From the NCBI GenBank assembly GCA_964019425.1, contig OZ025781.1:372001-436000 (forward strand): a stretch of 64,000 bases of DNA, in the 5' to 3' direction. The translations under genes and the position numbers were made by a program. Shown here piece by piece: positions 15,819-28,605 of the stretch. The notes under the pieces were generated by a model. It made no database searches and was not told the origin of the DNA. It saw nothing but the letters and a program-made list of their open reading frames with translations. How positions within the stretch are numbered: position 1 is the first letter of the stretch; each line of letters opens with the position of its first letter. Source of the DNA: Flectonema sp. DT1601 (taxonomy: Eukaryota).

Positions 15819-18800
15819 CTAGTATCTCAGAAGAGTTTCAACTGCCTCAAGATTCTTCTTAACTTCCAGTAAGAGAATTAATTCAGATTGTTTACCAGCG
15901 ATGTTACTCTCATGTCTCTCAATAATTTGAGTTATCTGTCTCTGATTCGGTTGGATATGTTGTTTGAGAAGTTGTTTGTTCTTTTCATTACCGTAGATTA
16001 AGTTCCAAACAATTGAAGAAGAAATCCATTTTGACTTTAAACAATAAAATGATGAGTCGGTACTGAGGAGGATTTCAATAAGAAATAACGGAATGCGTTG
16101 ATCGATGCAGAGCATACTTTTGTGAGATGTTTTTGACGACGCTATATTTCGAATTATCATAAGCGTGGTTGCTGAGTCGGTTGAAAACAGTCGTTCACAT
16201 TGAGAAGTTCCCAACAGTACATCCCAAATCACATCTTTTCGTAATACCAGTTCACTCACTACCTTAACTCGACTGATATCAGCTAAAGTCTTCATAAGTG
16301 GTGATAAAATATTATTTTCACTATTCTTTTTTTTAAAAAGATCCCACAACACATCAGACAAATAATCAATAAGTTCACATCTTTTCTTTGCAGGTACCGT
16401 TTCAATTAGTTTCGGTTGTCCACCACAACACGATAAACAACACAATAATTGCTCACAAATCTGATCTCTTTGTCTTGAATATGGCGATACTTGACTTGCT
16501 GACACACACCCAAGTGTGATTAACGAGAAACAAGCAGCTGGAGAATGTGCCAACAGCGGTTTTGATATTTTTGTTGGAGATGCTGGAGTGCCAGTCGCAG
16601 AAATAATATGAACAACGTCCTTAAATAATTGTTGTTGTTCAGGTGAACATCCACACAACAAGAATGATTTACACAAAGACAATACAGAATTTAATTGAGA
16701 CAGCAGTATTTTACCCTGTGTTGAACCACTGAGCATTATTGTCTGAGTATTAGATAATCCTGAGTGAGGATATACCAACAAAACTTCCAATGATTTTCTG
16801 AGAAGGCGACCAAGTCTAGTCATCCATTCAGCCTCCTGCAGATCCTGTAATTCATGAAGCAAGTTCTGCATCAGTCCTAAGATTGCCAACACACTTTGTG
16901 ATTCGATGCTACTATTAGGAAGGTGTGATTGTTCCAAAACTACTAACCAATTATTCATTAGTTTGGGTGATGTTAACACCAACTGTTTTGCTTGATAACT
17001 GTGTGCTAAAATAGCTCCCAAAGCATCCTGCACCATACCAATCTCATAAGAGAATAATCCATCAGATGATTCACATAAAAATTGAAGAGATACCAATGCT
17101 TGTGATAAAGTATTTTGTTTGTTGTTTATGTCAAAGGTTTCTTCTTGTTTGCATACAATAGTTGACCATAATTGTGAATCGATCCTCAGTAGTGATGAGA
17201 CTAACATACATGGAGCTATTCTTGACCTCAGAGGTTCACTTTCAGATGAGATAATGTCGCTGCAATTCCTTAGTAATTTCGATTGATATTCAAAAGTACT
17301 TTTCGCAATCGTTTTTTTATAAAAAATTTCATCTTCGCAGATGTTATTCAAAACCAACAAACAACTCGCAGATATCGATCGTTGAAGAGATTTCATTTCA
17401 CTCAACATCTGCGAAGACAGACCGACAGTAGAGTCACGTGATCGCTGCATAGCAACACCACAAAGAAGGAATTCCAACACAGGAACGTCGGTTTCACACA
17501 AAATGCTAATCAAATTATCCGATAAGTCACCTGTTCCACTAATTACTTGTAAAAGCACACCAAGTTCTCGAATCCATTTAAGACTATTTATGTCAAAATT
17601 TTCTTTTAGAATAGCGATAGCTTTGAACATCACACTATTCCAAGTCGATAATAATGAGTTGCAATCAGGTCGAAGGGGAGATGCGATGGTCGCATTGTTA
17701 GTATTAGAAATAATGGTTCGAATTAACAATATAACTGAAGCTGTATTTATTGAAGTGGTCGAGGCAATGACAGAGAGAAGATTAAAAACTTGATCGAAGA
17801 GACTTTCTTCGATGACTGACTTAGTTGCTTCTACTTCTGGAAGTAGATCTTTATGATTATTATCGCTGTAACTGTTATTGCTGAATAAGTGTTTTATAAC
17901 TTCTGATAAAAACAGAGATGTTTCACTTATGAAATGACCTTCTAACAGCAATGCGATCGCGTCTGTGATAGCAGTTGGATGTTTTATAACAATTGTAGAT
18001 ATCGTTGAAAAGAGTTCTTCCATTCGAACTGTTTCCCTTTTCAAACCGTTATTAGATACAATTGATAATTTATTATAGTATGATGCCGGCCAGTGTTTTC
18101 TTAAACACCAAAGTGAACTGTTCAGTAGCTGATTCGCTGATGTCGAAACATCGCTAAAGAGGTTCAGATAAGCAGATCCCAACACGATAACTTCACAACA
18201 CTGAGTCAGAGTCGTTAGTGGCATTAGGTGACTCGGAGTTTCACTTTGTAAAACGTCATTAAAATTTTCTATAATCCGATAGCAACTCACAATAATATTT
18301 TGCACATCAGACATTGCCTCAGGACTACTTCCATAGCGAGATTCACATCCAACGTGAAGCGTCATTTCCGAACTGTAATTTGAACCCATCAAAACTGCCA
18401 AACAACTTTTAACAACAACACAACTGTTCGAAACTAAAGAGAGCATTAGCTGCCTCCTCACAACGTTCTTTTCTCCAGCGAGGTCAGAGGTGCTGTAAAA
18501 AGCTATTTCCAAAAAGTATAACAACCGACTGCCGACTATTAGCGATAATGCTCTCTGAGAGTATCCATCAGAATGGAGTCTCCTGATGAGTTGAGAAACC
18601 AGTTGTAATATCGCAGCTGCTGGTTCCATATTCGTGCGGGCAAATCCACTTGCTGCAGATGATCTTTGAGAGTATGCCGTATTTTGATCAACTTCACGGG
18701 TATTAAAAAAGTTTTGTAAAAGACTATTCTCTGTAACAGCTGCAATGACTTCGAGAGTATCCTCTGATAAGAAGTTATTATGAGATAGTAGTCGTTGAAG

Positions 18801-20357
18801 CAGCCTGCATACAAATAAAACGATTTTGCAGTCGGAAGGACCTGCCGGAGGAACTGATAAAAAACGACAGACTCCTGAAATAGTTTTCGGAGTAAACGAA
18901 TATTTAACAGCCTCAGATCTAACAACCAACATCACTGTCAATGATGAGATCGCGTCTAAGCAATGAGTTATGCAAGTACTGCTTGCAATGGCTCCAAGAA
19001 TGACTAAAGAATCCGTTTTTAGATAACTTTCAACATTTTCAGTTGACAGAAACATATCTGAACTCATCAGAACAGTCATTCTAGAGACTATTGAAGGGTG
19101 TCGTTGAGCAAGGAGTATTCCATTCTCACTATCAGTGCTGAAATACGTATCAAATAACCTGCTTATAACATCATTATAACCAGGAAAAACATCACCAAGA
19201 TGGTTCATGCCATGTGATTGCAATGCTTCAAGCAAAGAAACCATTGCGAGTATAGAAATAATCGCTGCAGGACAACAGATGTCAGTAGTTACTTCATCAG
19301 AATTAGAATTTAAAATATCAATCACGGCTGTTTCTATGTTACTGATAAAAGTATTTAGGTATTGAGATGTGTCTTTTAATTGTTTCAGGTTGGAGATACT
19401 TAGAAACTGAGACGACTTAATCAACAACTCAAGGGCGTGAACTCTAACATAACCTTCAAGAAACACAACAGAATTAGACAACGATAAATACAATAAAATC
19501 CCTAATGAACTCGAGATTGACGGGAAAGGATCGTCACTACTACTGCACTTGTGACTGCCGATGGCGTCGCTATTAATAACGATTGACATTATCGATAGTG
19601 ATGTGTCGATAATCTCAATGTCGATACTCGAAACAGGGATGGCTGATGGTTGCATTCTCCTACTCAATATCGGTAATTGATCACATAATTCAACTAAAAC
19701 ACTTCCCTCAGTTATCCAAGTCGAAATTGACGTTTCGTATAGCATGTGACTTCGGACAGTCTTGCATCCGTATAAACACAGTTCGGGATTGGTGTGTCCT
19801 ATCTGAGCTCTGAATTCTGAAAAAAACGAATCTGATGTAGCAGGTCGGCGATGTCTCACTCGATCTTTCAATCGAAGTTTCAATTCTTCTGAACGACGAG
19901 TCGCTTCTCTTTCCGCTGCAGCAGTAGCCGCAGCACTGCTGGCTGTCAGTTCTTCATTATAGATTGTAGTCCCAGTCGATGCTTTGACGTTTATTAAATT
20001 TGAAATAATTCCACTTATTGCAGGCTGTTGCGTCGCCTTAGCATACAGTTTAAAATCTTCAACAATCTGAACACCTCCCTCTCTTATTAAAATTCTGACA
20101 GATTCCTCTCTGCTACTGAGTTCAAGTAGCAGTTGTAAGGTTTGGTTTGTTGACTCGGTTGGATTCTTTTTAGTTTCTGAATGACTAAGAAAGTACAACA
20201 ATGAAGATACTATTTCAGATGATCCCCCGATCACGTCTTTGTCAACTATCCCAAACCTCCACTTGCTGCAAATATTTTCAACCGCTCGGGTTCGAATCTC
20301 CGACTCGTCACTTTTCATCTGTCGAGCGAACTGCTGCAATGTTACCGTGTTAAGCAT
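15819..20357 (-). CDS. RTTN: Rotatin-like ARM/HEAT-repeat centriolar protein
   Basis: 1512-aa helical ORF. N-terminal EIRTRAVENICSK resembles the RTTN_N motif and C-terminal WNLIYGNEKNK resembles the rotatin C-terminus (recognised by eye). Confidence 0.65.
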   Translation of the reverse strand: MLNTVTLQQFARQMKSDESEIRTRAVENICSKWRFGIVDKDVIGGSSEIVSSLLYFLSHSETKKNPTESTNQTLQLLLELSSREESVRILIREGGVQIVEDFKLYAKATQQPAISGIISNLINVKASTGTTIYNEELTASSAAATAAAEREATRRSEELKLRLKDRVRHRRPATSDSFFSEFRAQIGHTNPELCLYGCKTVRSHMLYETSISTWITEGSVLVELCDQLPILSRRMQPSAIPVSSIDIEIIDTSLSIMSIVINSDAIGSHKCSSSDDPFPSISSSLGILLYLSLSNSVVFLEGYVRVHALELLIKSSQFLSISNLKQLKDTSQYLNTFISNIETAVIDILNSNSDEVTTDICCPAAIISILAMVSLLEALQSHGMNHLGDVFPGYNDVISRLFDTYFSTDSENGILLAQRHPSIVSRMTVLMSSDMFLSTENVESYLKTDSLVILGAIASSTCITHCLDAISSLTVMLVVRSEAVKYSFTPKTISGVCRFLSVPPAGPSDCKIVLFVCRLLQRLLSHNNFLSEDTLEVIAAVTENSLLQNFFNTREVDQNTAYSQRSSAASGFARTNMEPAAAILQLVSQLIRRLHSDGYSQRALSLIVGSRLLYFLEIAFYSTSDLAGEKNVVRRQLMLSLVSNSCVVVKSCLAVLMGSNYSSEMTLHVGCESRYGSSPEAMSDVQNIIVSCYRIIENFNDVLQSETPSHLMPLTTLTQCCEVIVLGSAYLNLFSDVSTSANQLLNSSLWCLRKHWPASYYNKLSIVSNNGLKRETVRMEELFSTISTIVIKHPTAITDAIALLLEGHFISETSLFLSEVIKHLFSNNSYSDNNHKDLLPEVEATKSVIEESLFDQVFNLLSVIASTTSINTASVILLIRTIISNTNNATIASPLRPDCNSLLSTWNSVMFKAIAILKENFDINSLKWIRELGVLLQVISGTGDLSDNLISILCETDVPVLEFLLCGVAMQRSRDSTVGLSSQMLSEMKSLQRSISASCLLVLNNICEDEIFYKKTIAKSTFEYQSKLLRNCSDIISSESEPLRSRIAPCMLVSSLLRIDSQLWSTIVCKQEETFDINNKQNTLSQALVSLQFLCESSDGLFSYEIGMVQDALGAILAHSYQAKQLVLTSPKLMNNWLVVLEQSHLPNSSIESQSVLAILGLMQNLLHELQDLQEAEWMTRLGRLLRKSLEVLLVYPHSGLSNTQTIMLSGSTQGKILLSQLNSVLSLCKSFLLCGCSPEQQQLFKDVVHIISATGTPASPTKISKPLLAHSPAACFSLITLGCVSASQVSPYSRQRDQICEQLLCCLSCCGGQPKLIETVPAKKRCELIDYLSDVLWDLFKKKNSENNILSPLMKTLADISRVKVVSELVLRKDVIWDVLLGTSQCERLFSTDSATTLMIIRNIASSKTSHKSMLCIDQRIPLFLIEILLSTDSSFYCLKSKWISSSIVWNLIYGNEKNKQLLKQHIQPNQRQITQIIERHESNIAGKQSELILLLEVKKNLEAVETLLRY

Positions 20358-20627
20358 TGCTGATTTGGGATCCCACCCCTCCCCCTGAAAATAAATAAAA
20401 TAAAATTATCTTTTAATAACGTCCTTGTATGTTATGACATTGGATGGTGTGCGGTGAGGGATCATTTGGTAAATAGCTGCAAGAAAAGTTAATTATTACA
20501 TTCTATAGTTAACGATTGAATAGGTCTACACATACAAACACTTACGTTTCCCGGAAGGCCTGAGCGGCCGGGTCAGTAAATGCTGCTAATTTTTGTTCTT
20601 GTGGTTCTTTTTTTTTTTTTTTTTTCG

Positions 20628-20667
<40 letters not shown>

Positions 20668-20827
20668 GGTAGTCACAAAAAAAAAACCGCTCTGAGAAAA
20701 ACGGCCCCGTTTTTTTTTTTTTGATAAAAACTTCACCTCCCCCCCCGCCGCATATCAAAGCGTCGAAATTGTGATGACAGAAAAAAACAAATAGAGACCT
20801 GGACACACAACAATTTTTCTCATGCTC

Positions 20828-23800
20828 TTAGTGGAAAATCGCAGTTGGAACACACGCATCCACCGGAGCAACACGAGATTTTTCATCCATTCCAATGTAA
20901 CGAACGTAATGTAGTACCTGTTCCCACTCGTCTGGTTCCAATATGTCATTTAATCTGCTCATCGTTTTTAAATTTTGTTTTCTATTTTTTCTAGCCGTCG
21001 TGTATATAAAATGAAGCATCTCTATGTAATCACGTCTTTCAATAAGTCTCTCAACTGCAATGATTCGATGAGGGAGAACTTTCTTTCGAGATGACATGGA
21101 ATTACCGAACAATAAATTATGAAGGGGTCGCATTACACAAGGAATGAGATCTCCAATATGACTACCAGGATGCGATATTATAACGCAATTAGAAATAGAA
21201 GATTCACAATATGATTTTTTTTCAGGTCCGAGTATTGGTGTGGATAGAGAATCGAATATTTCTGACTTTGAGAGACACACATCTTCCAAATTCACAAGAT
21301 TTCGTAAAGTCAGAGCTGTTGCTGTATTCGTAAGCCAATCAAGCTGGAGCTCATCTTCCCTCCACCAAGCTCCTTCTTCACTCAGATCATCAATGCCTTC
21401 ATTGTGAAGAAGTTCAAATCCTGCTTTTCGTTTCGAACTTTTCCAAACATCATTTAGTGAAGCTTGTTTTGATATTCCAGCACAACGTGATAGTAGCTGT
21501 TTGTTGAAAAATGTTTTGTTAGATGGAAGAGGTTTGGTGTGTCTGATTGCTTCTAACCAAGCATCAGTAAATGATAAATGGTATCGTATACTAACTCTTG
21601 GGGTTCTGCTATCCTCAGTAAGTATTGAATCATTCAACTGGACCGTATCAGGAAATAGTATCACTGACTCCTGAGTACTCTGCTCAGGTGTTGCCATTAT
21701 GTTAGTCTCCGAAGAATCAGTACTCACTTCGTCTAACAACTTGGATAAACGACATTTGTGTGTTTCTTTCTGTTTAGTCTTTTTCATTGGAGAATCCACG
21801 TCAACAGCAACAGGAGGAGGTCGATATACTACAGAAGGGTAGCAGTCAGTTGCTTTCTTAATGAGTCTCAAGTAGTTGTGAAATATCATTTCAGTTCCAA
21901 ACGACTCACCGGTGTTGGTTAGACTAGTCGATCCATGAAGAAAACTATTTCCCGATTTCGTTCCAAATCCGAGTAAATACTGTCCTAAAGAACTACATCC
22001 AAGTGGTAGTGCCCCAAGTGAAGCTGCTGCCATCTGATTTTTTTTTTTTTTTTTTTCTGCTTATGAATCCATAAAAAAGGGAGATTATGCCTAAAAAAAA
22101 ACACACCGCAGCCTCTGTAGCATTCACAGGAATATACTCCTGCCCAGTAGCGAGGGACAGTATTGCGGGATTGGCTGTTCCCTGTAACCAAAGCTGTTTT
22201 TTGGTTTGTTGTTGTTTTATGAGTCCTTCAAAATAGGAATCAACAAAAACACTAAAGAGAATAGTAATAAACAAACCTGACAGGTGTTTATCGCTGCCCT
22301 GATGTCTGTGGCGTAGGTCAGGATAAGTGATTCAGCCATTTTAGGGGAAATTAGAAATCCCTCCGCCAGTAAAATAGTTTGCAAGATAAGAGAAGTACCA
22401 AGACCGACGGAGTGAGTACCAAAAGCATCCCTATTCGGAATAGTTCCAGGCCATTGGGTAGTTGAAATCGGAGGTACAGTTCCGATGTTATTAAGAGCTG
22501 GGGGATCAGTGCAGTCGTTGTCAAACCAAATCTCACGGCATCTCAAATCTCTTATCGAAGGAGTGAGTGATTTGCAAGTTAAAACTATCGGACACTTCGC
22601 CTCCGCAACTAATGTTTTGATGCCGCTTATGAACGAACCCTCGTCGGGGAACACTACGTCAGCTCCTTCAAATAATATTAAAACTCCTTCCTTTGATTCC
22701 TTCTCATCAGATAGCTGACTATCCTTTCCATTTCTTTCAAGTAACGGTCGCTGTTGTGGTTGAGGAGGTTCGATGTCTTCGTCGGCAACTACTTCAGATT
22801 GTTCAGGTTCGTCATCTTTTTGTTCTCTCTTCACTCTCTGGCTGACACTAAAGAACGAAGAGATGTCTAGTTGTCGCTTTTGTTTCAATCTGGCGCTGTC
22901 TTTGTTTGGTGTTGAGGAGGCTGTTTTCCCCTTCCTCCGTTTTAGCTGTGGAGTTGCCCTTTTTGAAGAGGGGGAACGAGGAGGAGAGCGAGTGGGAGAT
23001 CTAAGCGGAGACGGGCTTCGAACTTGTCGTTTTTGCTGTTTCGGCTTCGAGGCGCCAACGTAACGAGAAGTGGTAGCATCACGCACCTCACGGAATAATG
23101 TTTCCTTCGTGCGTTTACGATTCGCAGATATTTCGAGAACTTGGAAACCAAGTTCCGCAGCTGCAGCGTATATTGCTGAAGTCTTGCCAATACCAGCTGA
23201 ACCGCAGACGACGAGACCTCCTTCGAAGAGGTCTGCATCGTAGTCAGATTCTTCCTCTTCGTCTCCGCAATCACTTTCACTGATGTTGTCTCTGTAACTG
23301 TCTTGAATTAGTTTATCTTGTCGTTTACGTGCAGCTTCTGTGAAACCCGCTCCCGGTCTCCCTCGTCGTTTTGTTTTTGGTTTGAATTTTAAATATCTCC
23401 TTCCGACTTTTTGAATAGTCAAGGATGCATTAAATATGACATCAACAGTTTTATAACAAACCACAGCTGACAGTACTACGAGTGCTTGTGACAATGTTGA
23501 CACTGCAGATCGAAAACGGATTCCTTCACCAGGAAAGAGTTTCGACCTCCACCCTTGTAACCACTGTCTGACATCCGTAACTGGTGGTTGTGTTGCGACT
23601 ACTTGACATGGTGATACAGATTCTGATGTAGTTGTGGGTGAGTAGAATGCAGTCCAAGGAATATTTTGATTTCCACTACAGGGATTCGAACCCTCGCTCC
23701 CTTCGTAGTACACTCCAAGACGACGAAGAAGACAATTCGCGTAAGTCCTTTTTAATAATTCCGTCGCAGCCATTCTTCCATTTGATCCACTCTTGAATGT

Positions 23801-24790
23801 CGTTCCTAATCCACCGGCAGCACCGATGTTTGCAGATTCGATTATTTTCTCCAACTGTTGTGTAGTTTTGGTCGACTTTATGTGATCGCGAACAACACTA
23901 ATTCGATGAGATCGACTCGACTTTTTAAGTTTGAGGATCGCTTCCATTTCACGAGAGTCATCTCTATCAGGTTGTGAATAACGTAAATACTCAATTTGGG
24001 TATTCCTCTGCGTCTGTTGTGTTGGTAATTGACCTCTTGCTGAGGCGTTTAATGGAAGAAGAGGATTTTCTGACGAATCCGTTGATTTTTTACTGAAGAT
24101 CTTCCTTTCTAATTGTGAAACAATCGCGTCGTCCTCCGAATCAGTGTCCGTAATATTTCTAATTTCAACCCGTCGCTGTTGTCCAAATGTTATTTGGTCG
24201 ATGTCTATGGATGGTGTGATGTCAGGTGACGGAACAGACGGTTTTTTTTGTTTTTTTTCAAATTGTCTTCTGTAAGAGTTAACCAAAAGCAACGCTTCCA
24301 AGTCACTGCCGACGGCCTTGGGTGATTGCGCATCATCTTCGAAGTCGTTTTTTTGACGTTCACGTTTTCGTTGGTCTTCAACCACAAGTGTTCTGTAGTT
24401 AACTTTAAACATACTGCTACAGTTATCAGTTGTTACTTCGATACCTTGTCGGAGAGGTTTCGCTTTATTATTCAACTCAAGTTTAACAGGTTGAGGACTC
24501 GGAACTGGTGAGACTTCGCTGTCACTCTCACTCAGAGAGATCATTTTTCTTTTTGCAGAACTTGAAGCCTTTTTAGTAGGTTTTTTCCTCTTTGTCTGTG
24601 CCTCCACACGCTGCTGTGTCGCCATCCCATCCTTTGTAAACATCGGATGAAGTTTTTTCCCTCCTCCTCCAACAACATCGTCTGAGTCATCGTCGTCACT
24701 TTTTTGACTCTTTTTTTGGTTCTTCAGTATTGCCTTTATTGATGGCTGGTTGGATTTTGTGGAAACAATCTTCCCCCTCTTTGGAGGCAT
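20828..24790 (-). CDS. ATAD5/Elg1-like (RFC large-subunit family) AAA+ ATPase; 3 exons (24790-22277, 22193-22107, 22033-20828)
   Basis: PWTAFYSP box, Walker A GSAGIGKT, AELGFQVLEISAN, ILFEGAD, KCPIVLTC and DIRAAIN. Phase-0 introns 22194-22276 and 22034-22106 join the ORFs via LWLQGTAN... Confidence 0.8.
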
Positions 24791-25124
24791 GTTGTCCCCC
24801 TGCAGACGGTAGACCTGTTGAGTGATAAATCGTTATGTTGCTATTATTATTATTTTATTTCCTTTTTATTCCCACCACTGGAATTCAGCTCAGCATCCGA
24901 TTCAAGTTGAAATACGTGTGAGCTGGAGGGAAATAATAAAATTAAGACAAGACTTTAATTTAACAGTTTTAAAATTTAAAAAAAAAAAAATTAAAAAAAG
25001 CGGCGAAATGAGGTACGACGCATAGAAAGTCTTCAACTTGAATAAAGGAAGTGGAATGTTGGGAGGATAACGAACAAATGTTTTTTTTTTTTTCTAAAAA
25101 AAAAATAAGAATAAGTCTTCTCGT

Positions 25125-26306
25125 TTAAGTCTTGGAACGTTTTATTGGTTCTTCTAATTTCTCTAGGGACTCTCCGCGAATTCGCTTACAAATATTTGCT
25201 AAACGACGAGTTGCAGCAACACTTAGAATAGCTGTTTTGAACTTTTCTCGTACTCTGAACTTTCGAACGTGAATTTTTGATTCGTTAAGTGACTGAGAAG
25301 ACTTCAGCTCAGCCATGAAATCTGGTGACAACCATTCATGTTGAACAGCTGCGTCAGCTGTCATTCTGTCGTCAGGATCTTTTTGAAATAATTGTTTTAC
25401 AAAATTACGACAATTATCAGAAACTCTACTCCAAAGAAACGTCGGTTCAAATATCAATTCTTTCTCACGAATCTCTTTAAATAATTCGCTGCTGTTACGA
25501 CCATTGAAAGGCATCTTACCCGCAATTAAAATATAAAGTAATAGACCAAGACCCCACATGTCGACTTCTTTACCATATGGACGGCTGGATACAACTTCAG
25601 GGGCCATGTAGCGCGGGGTTCCAGCCATTCCGAGGAATGGTCGTTTGGAACCGCGAGACCAACCTGCGATACCGAAATCTATTATTGTCGCAGAGCCGAG
25701 TAGTTGCACCTCTTCACCGGATGATACCTTCAGTACGATGTTTTCAGGTTTGAGATCCCTGTGAACCACACCTCTCGAATGAAAATATTTCACAGCGTAT
25801 GTTAAATTTCTTATCAGAGTCGCTGCTACGAATTCAGAATAATTTTGAAAACCAGTAACCTTCTCCAACAGAGGTCCCCCCGGTAGGTATTCAGTTATGA
25901 TATGAAAACAACTATTTGATGTAAAAATATTATCAAGAGAGAGTACTCCAGGATGTCTTAAGTGTGAAAGAATAGTAACTTCTTGTTTCACGAGATTCAT
26001 TGCTCTGTTTCCAGCTCTTTCAGTGTCAATTGTCTTCGCTGCGAATATTAGTTTTGATTTTCTATCGATTACTTTTGTTACAGTTGCGAAGGTACCCCTT
26101 CCAATTTCATCACCAATTTGGTATCTGCTTCCTAAGTCTTGCAGTTCTACAATACTACTTAATACTTTACTCTCAAGCCTTGAGATGTAATCAAAATCTA
26201 TATCTTGTCCTTCACAGTCATCAGCAATAAGAGTTGCTTCGTATTCACTCTCACCACTTATTCTAGTTTGAAGCATTGTCTCATCTGTGACAGTACTATC
26301 CGACAT
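25125..26306 (-). CDS. CaMK-group Ser/Thr protein kinase
   Basis: GRGTFATV, AAK, HRDLKPEN, DFG, GTPRYMAPE and DMWGLG, plus a basic calmodulin-binding-like tail (VREKFKTAILSV). Confidence 0.92.
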   Translation of the reverse strand: MSDSTVTDETMLQTRISGESEYEATLIADDCEGQDIDFDYISRLESKVLSSIVELQDLGSRYQIGDEIGRGTFATVTKVIDRKSKLIFAAKTIDTERAGNRAMNLVKQEVTILSHLRHPGVLSLDNIFTSNSCFHIITEYLPGGPLLEKVTGFQNYSEFVAATLIRNLTYAVKYFHSRGVVHRDLKPENIVLKVSSGEEVQLLGSATIIDFGIAGWSRGSKRPFLGMAGTPRYMAPEVVSSRPYGKEVDMWGLGLLLYILIAGKMPFNGRNSSELFKEIREKELIFEPTFLWSRVSDNCRNFVKQLFQKDPDDRMTADAAVQHEWLSPDFMAELKSSQSLNESKIHVRKFRVREKFKTAILSVAATRRLANICKRIRGESLEKLEEPIKRSKT

Positions 26307-26651
26307 GTTGTTGGATATCTTCTGTGAGAGTGAACATCACATAATTGATTCTACTCACGTTAGCTATCAACATTCTTGTAACCACTCGCAGTATCATATC
26401 CGTCATGTTAGCTGTGAGATTCTTTTTAGACAATCACCAGCAACATATATAAATATAAATACCAAAACAGTAAGTGTAATTCCTTACTGACTATTAAAGT
26501 CTACTCACCGTAGTAGACGTCGGGACGGTGTTGTTGTCGACGTGTCGGTTGATCAAAAACACTCAAAAAAAAAAAAAAAGAAAGAAAAGGACAAGAGTGT
26601 GTTCACAAGGATAGCAGCTTCAGTAGACTGAAGGGAAGGAATAAGTTGTTA

Positions 26652-27350
26652 TCACCAAACGGATAATATCAATTTAGAAATAAGAAACAAACTCCCAGTA
26701 CAAGTTGCGGTCACTATGATTGCGAATATCCTAATTGGGGATAGAAACTTTCCATTGTTTCGAATTGTCGAAATAATCTTTCTAAGATTCGAAGCTGTGG
26801 TTGACATATCAGAATTATTATCGCAAACGTACGTTGCGAGAGAACAACGAGCTTCACGAGACATCTGAGAGTTAACCCTACTGAGAGCTTGTTCCTTTGA
26901 GTATTCATTACGAGACATTAAACGAGACAACTGCTCTTCTGAAGTCACGTCAATAACGACAGTGGATTCACAAAAATAGGCGAAAACTTTTGTCTCAAAC
27001 AACAAAGGAATGTCTAGAATCAGTAGTTCAGTCCCCTTTAAATAATTCGTAAGAACCTGTTTACATATTTCTATGAATATTGGCATGTTTGTGTATCCCA
27101 TAAGTCTCTTCCTCTTAGTGTTATCATTGAAAACAATCTCACCTAATTTATCTCTGTCTATCCCACCGTCAGATCCGACAATATCATTTCCAAAGTCTCG
27201 TATAATGTTATTACTGCAGGATGTTCCTTTTGACATTACTTTGTGAGATGCTGCATCTGCGTCAACTATCACAGCACCTTCCTCTGCAAAGATTCTCGAA
27301 GCAGTAGTTTTACCACAAGCGATCCCACCAGTCAACCCAACTATCTTCAT
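26652..27350 (-). CDS. coaE: Dephospho-CoA kinase (CoaE/DCAKD type) with C-terminal membrane anchor
   Basis: VGLTGGIACGKT, IVDAD, IDRDKLGEIVF, DIPLLFE, RLMSRN and SQM motifs, plus a hydrophobic C-terminus. Confidence 0.93.
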   Translation of the reverse strand: MKIVGLTGGIACGKTTASRIFAEEGAVIVDADAASHKVMSKGTSCSNNIIRDFGNDIVGSDGGIDRDKLGEIVFNDNTKRKRLMGYTNMPIFIEICKQVLTNYLKGTELLILDIPLLFETKVFAYFCESTVVIDVTSEEQLSRLMSRNEYSKEQALSRVNSQMSREARCSLATYVCDNNSDMSTTASNLRKIISTIRNNGKFLSPIRIFAIIVTATCTGSLFLISKLILSVW

Positions 27351-27507
27351 TTTAAATAAAAACGAGTTGTGTGTGTGTTTTTTTTTTTTTTTTTTTTTTT
27401 TTCCTGAGGGAAGTTTTAAAACATAATTAAATGCATTAGATTATTACTTAAAAAAAACACAAATAAAAACGTTGCGTACAATACCAGTCAGACGGTCAAC
27501 GCCTGGG

Positions 27508-28605
27508 TCAGGTGGTAAAAATAACTTTTTCAGGTGGTGTCTTAAAAGCGTCTCTGGCTTCAGATGTGGTGATTCTCTTTGATGGATCGAGAGAGAACAT
27601 TCCAGCGAGTATATTCCACAGCATGTGATCTTCTCTCAAAGGGAACAGTAAACCTTTTGGAACTCGTGACGACAGGTTTTCATAAAGTGTTTTCGACGTC
27701 GTATTCGCATCGTACTCAAATCGTCCTTTTATTGACGACGTCAATTCATCTAATTGTGAATAAGAACAATGATGACTAAGAGATGGCCAACTTGTAGTTG
27801 ATGGCACACCAAACAGTGTAAATATTAATTTAAGTAATTCTCCACAACCAGAAAATGGAGAACCCCTACTTTGATCGAGAGAAAAGACGAATAACGGAAT
27901 TCTAATTAACATTTCCGCAATGGAACAACCGATTGCCCAAGTATCAATAGCGGGTCCATAATGCTCTGAATGTGTTAAGATTTCTGGTGATCTGTAAAAT
28001 GGAGTTCCAGGACAACCCTCTGATCTCATATTTATTACGGGATTTATAATTGAACGAGACCATCCAAAATCAATAATTTTTAAACAACCATCAGTTGTAG
28101 ACAACATCATGTTAGCAGGTTTCAGATCTCTGTGAATAATACAAAGCTCATGACACGCTGCCATACCACAACACATTTGATAAGCTAGAGACTCAATGTG
28201 TTTTTCTGTCATAACAATTGTTTTGTCTGATATAAGTCTGCTCAAGTCAACATCTAGCAGAGGGAGGAGGATGAGGATTGACGGAGGATCGACTTTAAAA
28301 GTAACGTCCAAGATTTCTATTACGTTATCATGTTTTATTCGAGACAATGCCTTTAGTTCCCATAAAAGTGATATGTCAACACCCAGTCGGGATCTTTCTT
28401 TCTTGTCGAGGTATTTTTCTTCTTCATCCATGTCTCGATACTCCTCCAAGTGAAGCTGTTTTATTGCGACTGCTCTTTTTGTTTCGACATCCTGTGCTGC
28501 CCAAACTTTGCTAAATTTTCCAGCTCCCATGACATGTCCAGGATTGAACCTTTGGATGTGATACTGAAATCTACTCTGAGCAGGTCCACCAACACATTGA
28601 TTCAT
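27508..28605 (-). CDS. CDK-family (CDK7/CDK20-like) protein kinase
   Basis: GAGKFSKV, VAIKQ, GVDISLLWELKAL (PSTAIRE-helix equivalent), HRDLKPAN, DFG, YRSPE and YGPAIDTWAIG. Confidence 0.85.
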   Translation of the reverse strand: MNQCVGGPAQSRFQYHIQRFNPGHVMGAGKFSKVWAAQDVETKRAVAIKQLHLEEYRDMDEEEKYLDKKERSRLGVDISLLWELKALSRIKHDNVIEILDVTFKVDPPSILILLPLLDVDLSRLISDKTIVMTEKHIESLAYQMCCGMAACHELCIIHRDLKPANMMLSTTDGCLKIIDFGWSRSIINPVINMRSEGCPGTPFYRSPEILTHSEHYGPAIDTWAIGCSIAEMLIRIPLFVFSLDQSRGSPFSGCGELLKLIFTLFGVPSTTSWPSLSHHCSYSQLDELTSSIKGRFEYDANTTSKTLYENLSSRVPKGLLFPLREDHMLWNILAGMFSLDPSKRITTSEARDAFKTPPEKVIFTT